Source: Paraspadella gotoi
Lineage: Eukaryota; Animalia; Chaetognatha
Reading direction: 5' to 3'
DNA length: 64,000 nt
NCBI GenBank assembly: GCA_051294375.1
Contig: CM119265.1
Span: 24,797,605-24,861,604, forward strand
The notes beneath the pieces were generated by a model, which was given only the letters and a program-made list of their open reading frames with translations, searched no databases and was not told the DNA's origin. The position numbers were made by a program, and so were the translations under genes. Of this stretch, positions 12,849 through 23,169 are shown piece after piece; the first letter of the stretch is position 1, and each line of letters begins with the position of its first letter.

Positions 12849-15800
12849 GAGAATTTTTTGAATTTTTGAATTTATTTAATGGCACAAAATAAAACAATAG
12901 GCCATAGAAAGCTACTTCATTACATTTAAGAGAGAGGGAATCTCGCTTGAAAACTTGGACAATTAAAAAAGTGAATCCATTTTAAATAAAAAACATTGGG
13001 GAGAGAGAGAGAGAGAGAGAGATTTTTGTGTTGATCGTTATTTGTTTTCAATGAAATAAATATTTGTATTTTTTTTTCAATGTCTTTTTTTCTGTCGACC
13101 ATCAGACTCGGTTTGACTATGACAAGACCATTGATGAGTTGATGCCAGAATCTCACGCAGATGAAAGGGATGAAGAAAAGAGGAATGCGGTCAAAGGCCG
13201 GTCAGTAATAAATAAATGTTCATCAGTATGAAATAGAATGCCATGAGAGGCAAAGCCATCGATGGCGTGTCAGTATTAAACGAAATGCCATCAAAGTAGG
13301 GTCAGTATTAAACAAAATGGCAATAAAGGCAGGTCAGTATTGAACACAATGCCATCAAAGGCGGGTCAGTAATTCAGTATAAAACAAAATGGCATTAAAG
13401 GCGGGTCAGTATTGAACACAACGCCATCAAAGGCGTGTCAGTATTAAACAAAAGGTCATCAAAGGTGCGTCAGTATAAAACAAACTTCCTTTGATGGCAG
13501 GTCCGTCCTGAAATTAATGCCATCGAAGGTCGGATAATGCCATCAAAGATCAAGATGGGTTTGGTTTTGAAAAAAAAAAAAAAATCCAGAGTTTTCGTTT
13601 TCTTTTCAGTCGTCGCGAATCGTTTCTCGTCGCAGGCGATTGACTAAATCCACTTACCCAAATCGCATCCCTCTTCCCACCCCCCTCCTCCTCTTTTACT
13701 CACCCTCCCAAACCTCACCCAAAAGCCGCTGGACGGACGGGATCGTCCCCTTCGAGTTGAGCGACGAAATTCGACGCAACGAAAATTACGAACGCGAAAT
13801 CTACGAAGCCATGCGAGAGTGGGAGTCGGCCACTTGCGTCAAGTTTCAACCCGCTCAAGTCGGCCAGAGAAACAAGATTCACATCCGGGCGGACAAGACC
13901 GGATGTTGGTCGATGGTCGGCATGATTGGCGGAACGCAGACGGTGAGTAGAGCTTTGTATGTTTGTTTGTTTGTTTGTTTGTTTGTTTGTTTTTTTTGTT
14001 TGTTTGTTTGTTAGCTGTTGGCATCATCGTTTGTTTTCCTTTTTGTGTTTTTTTTTCTTTTTCTGTAATCATTTGTCTTTTTTTATTATTATTTATTAAT
14101 TAAAATAAATCAGTTTATATTTGTTTTCTGTTTTTTGTGTTGTTTTTTTTTTTTTGTTTTTTTTTTTTTACTAAACTGTTATTTTCGATTTTTCTTTTAT
14201 CGTTCGTCAGGTGTCACTCCAACGCGATGATGCATGACTGTGCGGCGTGATATTGCACGAGTTGGGTCATGCCCTTGGATTTCACCACGAACAGACCAGG
14301 CGAGCCTTAACTTTCTTTTATTTTTTACTTTCCATCTTTCTATCATGGTATGTGGACTAAAATCCACCAACCGTTCATCAGCGGCCATTGGTGCCGGAGG
14401 AAAATCATTCGCCTCCCAACCCAAAGGTCCGGGTTCTAGCCCGGTGGTCGTCTGGCAGTTAAGAGGACGGGGCGCTTAACCCGCCTGTAACATAGTGTTA
14501 CAGCCTGATCCGAAGCTCAGGGACTGCTTATATTGAACGGTTCTGTCATTAACACATAACAATAATTATTGTCTCTTCATTGGTGAGCCCGACTTCCGAA
14601 CACAACAGCAACAACAACACTTTCAGGCGACATGCCTCAACATGGCGATGCACTTTCGCCCACAACCATCAGGCGACATGCCTCAACTTGGTGACAAACT
14701 TTCACCAACAACAACAATTCACTAAAGAGACGCTACAGACTTCTCCCTACGGGAGGGGGGGATGTATGGTGGACTAAAATCCACAACCGTTCATCAGCGG
14801 CCATTGGTGCCGGAGGAAAATCATTCGCCTCCCCAACCCAAAGGCCGGGGTTCTAGCCCGGTGGTCGTCTGGCAGTTAAGAGGGACGGGGCGCTTAACCC
14901 TCCTGTAACATAGTGTTACAGCCTGATCCGAAGCTCAGGGATGCTTATATTGAACGGTTCTGTCATTAGCACATAACAATAATTATTGTCTCTTCAATGC
15001 GGTCTATCTATCTATTCTTTACACCATCGATCATATCCCCATTAAAAAAAAAAAAACAGAAAAGATCGTGACGAATACTTGACGGTTTTCCTCGATCGCG
15101 TTATCGATAAACAATTGCACAATTATCGCAAAGTGTCCGACGAATATTTGGACGAATCGACTCCGTACGACTACCTTTCCATCATGCACTACGGAAAATA
15201 CAGTTTCGCCAAGACGAAAGATACCACTACAGTAAGTAACGAGGTTTCGAGAAGTGCCTGACGTTTGGGTTTAGTCGGAACTATTTTTTGGGGGGGGTAA
15301 ATTTTAAATCAATTGGCTTATCCAAGTTTTTATTTGTCTTTTTCTCCTTCCTGATTTTACTTGATTTCAGTCAATGATTTTTGTTATTGTTTCATACTTG
15401 TGTAGTCACGTGACGACGGATTACTATAGTCACGTGATCAGAAAGTAAAAGCGGCATATATACAGTAATATTTGTTTGTTTTACTTAACGGAGAATAATA
15501 AACCATAAAATTATTTTGTTTAGAAAGAGAAATACGTAACGATGTTGCCGAAAAATCGCTGTTACACGGAATTGATCGGAAAGGCAAGACATCTTTCTTA
15601 CTACGATCACAAGTGAGTTTTTTTTCTTCTTACTGACATCGGCCGATATCTTGTCAGTCTGTCCGTCGTTATTAATTATTTCGCAAGTTTTTTCTTTTAA
15701 TTTAAACAAAATTCTTGAAATTGAAAATTTCCTCTTTTCAAAATTTTAAATCTTCAATTTTTCAAATCCCCCAGATTGATGAACAAGATATACGGCTGCA

Positions 15801-16405
15801 CGTCGGGCTGCGGTCGCCTGCGCTGCAAGTCCGACTGCTACGCGACCCGCAGCGGCTCGAACGACTCCTGTCACTGCGTCTGCCTCGACAACTCGAACAA
15901 CGACTGCGAGGGCGGCTCTTGCTTCGCCGGCGACAAATACAACAACTGCCCCGAACTGCGAAAGAACTCGCCCGGTTTTACTTGCTATCGTTACGAGAAG
16001 GAATGCTGCGAAACTTGCAAAGGTTTCAAGCAATATCCACAGTGCCGATCCGTCGGTGATCGCTACACCAGCTGCAGAGAATTGGCCAAGTCCCCCGCCT
16101 ACTGCGAGCGCCACACCGATTGTTGTCACAGCTGCGCGGCGGCCAAGGAGGCGGGCCAGGAGTGCCAGCGGGATTACTTTAACAACTGCGCCAGCCTGGC
16201 CAAGAGCAATCCGTCGAGGACCTGCAGGGTCAATGCGAAGGAATGCTGCCTTACCTGCAAGAATGTTGGTATCGGACCGGACCCCAACTGCCCCAAGGGG
16301 AATCAATACAGCAATTGCGACGATCTGATTCGGTCCTGGGGAAAAGATAGGATTTGCCAAGACGATCAGTTCAAGATTAGCTGTTGTTACAGTTGCTCTC
16401 TGTGA
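11742..16405 (+). CDS. Secreted astacin (M12A) metalloprotease with EGF-like and four PLAC/ShK-like Cys repeats; exons 11742-11796, 11886-11975, 12199-12261, 12705-12790, 13106-13200, 13726-13942, 14211-14299, 15060-15231, 15524-15612, 15775-16405
   Basis: Signal peptide MKFVYFLLIFGFILILTE, activation site KRNA, RWTDGIVPF, GCWSMVG, zinc motif HELGHALGFHHEQTRKDRD, Met-turn YDYLSIMHY, MNKIYGC. Exon phases are consistent. An in-frame TGA at 14235 looks like a compensating indel pair. Confidence 0.92.
13184..13550 (+). repeat. ~32-bp minisatellite derived from the astacin exon/donor junction
   Basis: Unit AATGCCATCAAAGGCGGGTCAGTATTAAACAA repeated roughly 8-10 times; the first unit is the exon end AATGCGGTCAAAGGCCG|GTCAGT. 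Confidence 0.85.
14346..14996 (+). mobile_element. Second full TRIM copy (LTR 14346-14579, internal 14580-14762, LTR 14763-14996) in an astacin intron
   Basis: LTR ends TCTCTTCA, 1-nt spacer, PBS TGGTGAGCCCGAC (14581-14593), PPT 14751-14762, 3' LTR starts TGTATGGTGG; tRNA-like unit 14381-14452. Confidence 0.9.
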
Positions 16406-16960
16406 GACGGCAATGATTTTTTTTTGGGGCAATAACAATAATAAATCTACGATTTTTAAAAAAATATATAATGACGAAGAGTTAGTTTCACAGTTTTATT
16501 TTTGTTAAACTTAAAGGCTGTAGAACAGCACAAATTCCTCCAATAGTGAGGCTATACGTAGAAGGATTAAGGACAGCCAATAAAGACATTTTCTGGGTTG
16601 ATTTAATTGCTTCTCGGTATGACTAGCGCGGTATTTATTTCTCAAGAACATAAAAACATAAAACATAAAACAACCCTGACTTCTAAGTGTTGATGTTTGA
16701 TGTTTGATGTTAAAAAAATGTTTTAAGTGTTGATCGTTTAAATTCAATTTTCTTAAAAGCCGCCAATTCGGGTCGGCTAAACAACGCCGCCTCGTTGGCC
16801 GGCGATACGGACTTTCTCTCTCGCCTTAAAACAAATCGCGCGAACCGTAAAACGGAGTCGCGAATCTTCAATGCCCCATGGAAATCCTCATGCACCATGG
16901 AATGAGCATCGACCGTGACGGGTCGCTGGTCGGGATCAGGAGGGACGGGTTGGGGGTGGG

Positions 16961-17000
<40 letters not shown>

Positions 17001-17366
17001 AAACGGATATCTGATCGTCTTGAGTGATTGGTGGCAATCTGATTTCGAGATGAAGCGCAAACGAGAAAATCGAATTCCGTTGATGCTGAGCGGAGAGAAG
17101 CAGTCAGAGTCTCAGACCGTTGCTGATTTGTGGCGATCGCAATTGCTCACTGGATTCGTAAATGGACGAAAAAAAAAATATTTTCGAATTTATTTCTTGC
17201 TCGAATCTGAAGCCGAAATAAAAAAAAAAAACGAATAAGAGAAAAACAAACCTAAGCCAAAACCGCGAAACGTAAAAACAAAACAAAGAATAAGACATAA
17301 AGCGAAAGGAGAAAAATCGGGAAAGAGAGAATAAAAAATCCAATGTTCCGAGATTCTTTCTCTCTG

Positions 17367-17427
<61 letters not shown>

Positions 17428-17719
17428 TTCTCTCCCGATTCGAATCTTATATTTATCCACTTTCTTTTCTCTTCATAGAAAAAGGGAAAGAATGAGAAAA
17501 GAGAAAACTGCCATAAATGTTTTTGCCGGCATTTCGCCATCCACGCGCGGAAGCACGCTTCCTATTCTCGGGACGGCGAGCGCTGCAGCTGCGGGCCGAC
17601 GCGGCTGAGACGGTATCGCTGCGGCGCGTCGGCTGCGGCAGCTGTCGCGGCTGCTGACTCACGAAGTTTTCCTGAGTCGGCGGATGCCGGCGGGAAACGA
17701 GGGGGTGGGGGGGAGCGAG

Positions 17720-18544
17720 CGTGCGCGGCAGAGTGCGAGGCGGGAATTGCATTAAACGGGAAGTTATAAGGAATGTGGTATGAGATTTAATTGAAACAGG
17801 AATTTGAAAGAGAAACTGGGAATAGTTGATTTAAGCCGGAAACTAATTCTGGAAGGTGGCAGGAGTTAGTTAAGGCGGGAGGTTAAAGGGATTGGGACCT
17901 GTGTTCTCCGATCCTCAGGAAAGGTCATTTCTATATTGACAACACTGCCCTTTGCAATTAATACAAAGAAATTAAAACTTAAGTTTATAAATAGTAAGTT
18001 GATGAGAAATTGTTCAGGCGGGAGGTTAAAAGAGAAAGAATTAGTAGTAATAATTTCTTTCCAGATTGACTGAGAAAATTGATAAGGAATAAAAGATTTA
18101 AAAATGGAAATGAGAAAACGACCTAATTCTAAACCTACAGACAAGTAATTGAGTTTGCTCTTTTTCAAGAGCATAAGATAGTCACAGTGAAGTATTAGAT
18201 GACAATTGTGAAATGAATGTAACTTAAGAAAGAAGAAAAATTGAAAACTGACGGAGAAAAATCACTAAGGATTAGACAGTTAAATTAGTTAAATTAGGAT
18301 ATACCGGGAACCACTTTGAATTTCTTATCCGTATTGGGAAATTAAGTGGTTAATTCCAGTGATATTTGTGAAAGAGAAATAAATGTCGCGGGGTGAAGGG
18401 ATAGAACTTGTGTGAGGCTTTATTTGTGTGGGGGTTGATGATTAGGTGGGCGGGCGGTTCGTCCCCCACCCCGTCGGTAAAAGGAAAAGCGATCCTGAGA
18501 TTTAAGGATGGCAGAGTTTATCCCTTCATAGGGAGGGAGGGAAG

Positions 18545-18601
<57 letters not shown>

Positions 18602-19622
18602 GAATCGTCAAAATGGATGTATGGAATTAGTGACAATTGCGATCTGAGGGGCTGAAGGGGGGGAGGAAGAATCGTTGGGGGGGAAGAAAAGGATTGGGGT
18701 TGGAGTGGGCGGCCGATCGAAAAAGGATTGGGATTGGAGGGGTGGCAATCGAAAGGATTGGGGTTGGATTGGCAGCTGATCGAAAAGGATTGGGGTTGGA
18801 GAGGGGGCCAATCAAAAGGATTGGGTTGGAGTGGGCATCCAATCGAAAAGGATTGGAGTTGGATATGGAGGCATCGAAAAGGATTGGGGTTGGGTTGGGC
18901 AGCTGATCGAAAAGGATTTGGGGTTGGAGTGGGTGGCTGATCGAAGAGGTTAACTCGAGACGAAGGGCGTGGAACCGGAAGAAGGCGGGCGTGGGGTTCA
19001 AAAGAATATAGGGGTTCCTAAAAACTGGTCAAAATAGGTTAAGGTTTTAAGTTGTTTTATTGTATAGTTGTTTTAAAAATTAAAGAAAATATAAAAAAGC
19101 CAAGCAAAGCTACAGGTTTTCCTTACGGTGAACGTCTGCATTTTTCTTTTGATTTTTAACGATTAATTTTCTGTGGGTTTTTAATATTTAGTTTTAAATT
19201 TTTCTTTTGAAGCTTTTTTCAATTTATTTTCTATCCTTTTTTTTTTCGGCGAATAAAACTTTTAAAGAAAAGAATAAAAATCTAACAACATGAAGAGAAA
19301 CAAAGAAAGAGAAAGGAATAAGTGGAGGGAGTGAAATAAGAGGAGGAGGAGGAGAGGATGCAAAAAAAGAAAATAGAGGATGGATTCTATGACGGAACGG
19401 TCCTCGGAGATTTACGCCGGCAGCCTTGGCACAAAATGCGCACCGATTCTCGGAGGAATTTTATGGGCGGAGCAAAAACATAAATGCGCAACAGAGATGG
19501 AGAGGAGAGAGAGAGAGGGGGAGAAGGGGAAAGTAAGGTAGGAAGAGGAAGAGGGGGAAGGAGGATCAAGAGGGGGAAGGGTAGGAGAGAGAGAGAGAGT
19601 GAGAGAGTGAGAGAGAGGGAGA

Positions 19623-19716
<94 letters not shown>

Positions 19717-21299
19717 CAGAGTTTTCGTGGAAAAGGGATTTTGTATCGGGTCGGTCCTCGAAGAAAACGGCGAGTGAAACCGTTTAAGTCTTTAGAGCAT
19801 AATCGTAATTCTTTATAATTATCTTGAGTGATTATGCGAAGTTCATTTAAAAAAAAAACAACAACAACTTCTTGTATCGAGATTAATATTTATGGGGAAT
19901 TTATTAGCTTATTAGTGTCAACAATACGCGACCGCATTTTAAGATTGCGGTTTGTTCTCCGTCTTAATCTTGAAAAAAAAAAAACTATTCCGTGTTTTGG
20001 ATTTAAAAATAGGATTTTGGATTTATTTACTAGCATATTTATCGTCTGAAACAAATGAGCATCGACGAGCGATCCGACGTCGACAGACGCTCGACGTTCC
20101 TTCTCTAATTCCAGCCACCGTGGACGATCCACTCCAGTCCGATCGAAGAGAAGTTCGCTTCAGAAGTTCGTCAACGAGAGAATACAAAGGGTCTCCGATC
20201 GGACGTCTTCGTCGTTTGTTGTTGTCGAAATCTAAATCTAAATAGCCTTACCCTCCGATCGCATCGAATTTTGAGGTAAGGAAACGCATATCACAGCTGC
20301 TGTTCGGCTGTTCGAAAGTGTGCAGTGCACACAGTGTGCACTGAGTAGTACAAACATCGCGGATACGACGTGTACGTGAAAATCGATCCAGTCATTCATA
20401 AGTTAAAATGCTCAAATTTTGAGTCAAAAAACAAATACTATGGTNNNNNNNNNNNNNNNNNNNNNNNNNCGTGCGCGGCAGAGTGCGAGGCGGGAATTGC
20501 ATTAAACGGGAAGTTATAAGGGAATGTGGTATGAGATTTAATTGAGACAGGAATTTGAAAGAGAAACTGGGAATAGTTGATTTAAGCCGGAAACTAATTC
20601 TGGAAGGTGGCAGAAGTTAGTTAAGGCGGGAGGTTAAAGGGATTGGGACCTGTGTTTCTCTGAGTCCTCAGGAAAGGTCATTCTATATTGACAACACTGC
20701 CCTTTGCAATTAATACAAAGAAATTAAAACTTAAGTTTATAAATAGTAAGTTGATGTAGAAATTGTTCAGGCGGGAGGTTAAAAAGAGAAAGTGAGCGCG
20801 TATTAAGTCAGTTGAATAATTTATCTTTCACAAGATTTGACTGAGAAAAATTGATAAGGAGATAAAAATGATTTAAAAATGGAATGAGAAAACGACCTAA
20901 TTCTAAACCTACAGACAAGTAGATTGAGTTTGCTCTTTTTCAAGAGCATAAGATAGTCACAGTGAAGTATAGATGACAATTGTGAAATGAATGTAACTTA
21001 AGAAAGAAGAAAAATTGAAAACTGACGGAGAAAATCACTAAGGATTAGACGGTTAAATTAGTTAAATTAGGATATTTGAATTTCTTATCCGCATTGGGAA
21101 ATTAAATGGTTAATTCCAGTGATATTTGTGAAAGAGAAATAAATGTTCGGCGGGGTGAAGGGATAGAACTTGTGTGAGGCTATATTTGTGTGGGGGTTGA
21201 TGATTAGGTGGGCGGGCGGTTCGTCCCCCACCCCGTCGGTAAAAGGAAAAGCGATCCTGAGATTTTAAGGATGGCAGAGTTTATCCCTTCATAGGGAGG

Positions 21300-21373
<74 letters not shown>

Positions 21374-22382
21374 ATCGTCAAAATGGATGTCATGGAATTA
21401 GTGACAAATGCGATCTGAGGGGCTGAAGGGGGGGAGGAAGAATCGTTGAGGGGGGAAGAAAAGGATTGGGTTGGAGTGGGCGGCCCGATCGAAAAGGATT
21501 GGGGTTGGATTGTTTGCAGCTGATCGAAAAGGATTGGGGTCTGAGATAGGGTGGACAAATCGGAAGAATTGGAGGGTTGGATAGGGTGCCAATCGAAAAG
21601 GATTGGGGTTGGATTGTGGAGCTGATCGAAAAGGATTGGGGTTGGAGAGGGTGGCCAATCAAAAAGGATTGGGGTTGGATTGGGCAGCTGATCGAAAAGG
21701 ATTGGGGTTGGAGTGGGTGGCTGATCGAAGAGGTTAACTCGAGACGAAGGGCGTGGAACCGGAAGAAGAGGTCGTGGGGTTCAAAGAATATAGGGGTTCC
21801 TAAAAACTGGTAAAAATAGGTTAAGGTTTTAAGTTGTTTTAGAAAATTAAAGAAAATATAAAAAAGCCAAGCAAAGCTACAGGTTTTCCTTACGGTGAAC
21901 GTCTGCATTTTCTTTTTGATTTTACGATTAATTTTCTGTGGGTTTTTAATATTTAGTTTAAAATTTTTCTTTTTAAGCTTTTTCAATTTATTTTTCTATC
22001 CTTTTTTTTTCGGCGAATAAAACTTTTAAAGAAAAGAATAAAATCTAACAACATGAAGAGAAACAAAGAAAGAGAAAGGAATAAGTGGAGGGAGTGAAAT
22101 AAGAGGAGGAGGAGGAGGATGCAAAAAAAGAAAAATAGAGGATGGATTCTATGACGGAACGGTCCTCGGAGATTTACGCCGGCAGCCTTGGCACAAAATG
22201 CGCACCGATTCTCGGAGGAATTTTATGGGCGGAGCAAAAACATAAATGCGCAACAGAGATGGAGAGGGAGAGAGAGAGGGGGGAGAAGGGGGAAGTAAGG
22301 TAGGAAGAGGAAGAGGGGGGAAGGAGGATCAAGAGGGGGGAAGGGTAGGAGAGAGAGAGAGAGTGAGAGAGAGGGAGAGAGG

Positions 22383-22442
<60 letters not shown>

Positions 22443-23169
22443 CAGAGTTTTCGATGGAAAAGGGATTTTGTATCGGGTCGGTCTCGAAGAAAACGGCGAG
22501 TGAAACCGTTTAGTCTTTAGAGCATAATCGTAATTCTTTATTAATTATCTTGAGTGATTATGCGAAGTTCATTTAAAAAAAAAACAACAACAACTTCTTG
22601 TATCGAGATTAATATTTATGGGGGAATTTATTAGCTTATTAGTGTCAACAATACGCGACCGCATTTTAAATTGCGGTTTTGTCTCCGTCTTAATCTTGAA
22701 AAAAAACAAACTATTCCGTGTTTTGGATTTAAAAATAGGATTTTGGATTTATTTACTAGCATATTTATCGTCTGAAACAAATGAGCATCGACGAAGCGAT
22801 CCGACGTCGACAGACGCTCGACGTTCCTTCTCTAATTCCAGCCACCGTGGACGATCCACTGCAGTCTCGATCGAAGAGAGTTCGCTTCAAGAAGTTCGTC
22901 AACGAGAGAATACAAAGGGTCTCCGATCGGACGTCTTCGTCGTTGTTGTTGTCGAAATCTAAATCTAATAGCCTTACCCTCCGATCGCATCGAATTTTGA
23001 GGTAAGGAAACGCATATCACAGCTGCTGTTCGGCTGTTCGAAGTGTGCAGTGCACACAGTGTGCACTGAGTAGTACAAACATCGCGGATACGACGTGTAC
23101 GTGAAAATCGATCCAGTCATTCATAAGTTAAAATGCTCAAATTTTGAGTCAAAAACAAAATACTATGGT
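17720..23169. repeat. Direct duplication 17720-20444 / 20470-23169 around a 25-N gap (probable unmerged overlap or haplotypes)
   Basis: Near-identical copies differing mostly by single-base indels, ending exactly at the gap edges. Confidence 0.85.
18680..18945. repeat. ~31-bp G-rich minisatellite GATCGAAAAGGATTGGGGTTGGAGTGGGCAGCT (second copy ~21460-21730)
   Basis: About 8 tandem units visible. Confidence 0.9.

Noticed and set aside
14235-14237. In-frame TGA just before the astacin HExxH motif (selenocysteine or readthrough?)
   Set aside because: A -1/+1 indel pair restores the expected DGCMTVGVILHE with Cys at the conserved position; the TGA is one residue off that Cys, and indels are common in this assembly.
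15405-15440. Paired GTCACGTGA (CLEAR/E-box) motifs, also at ~6211-6237
   Set aside because: Short motifs not at an identifiable promoter; no further support.
20290-20312. TATCACAGC start resembling miR-2 family; also TAAGGCACG (miR-124-like) at ~36286
   Set aside because: Only seed-length similarity and no convincing precursor hairpin.
17720-23169. Tandem duplication of the DEF8 first exon and promoter
   Set aside because: Copies end exactly at a 25-N gap and differ mainly by indels, so it is most likely an assembly overlap; the same applies to 28025-30075.
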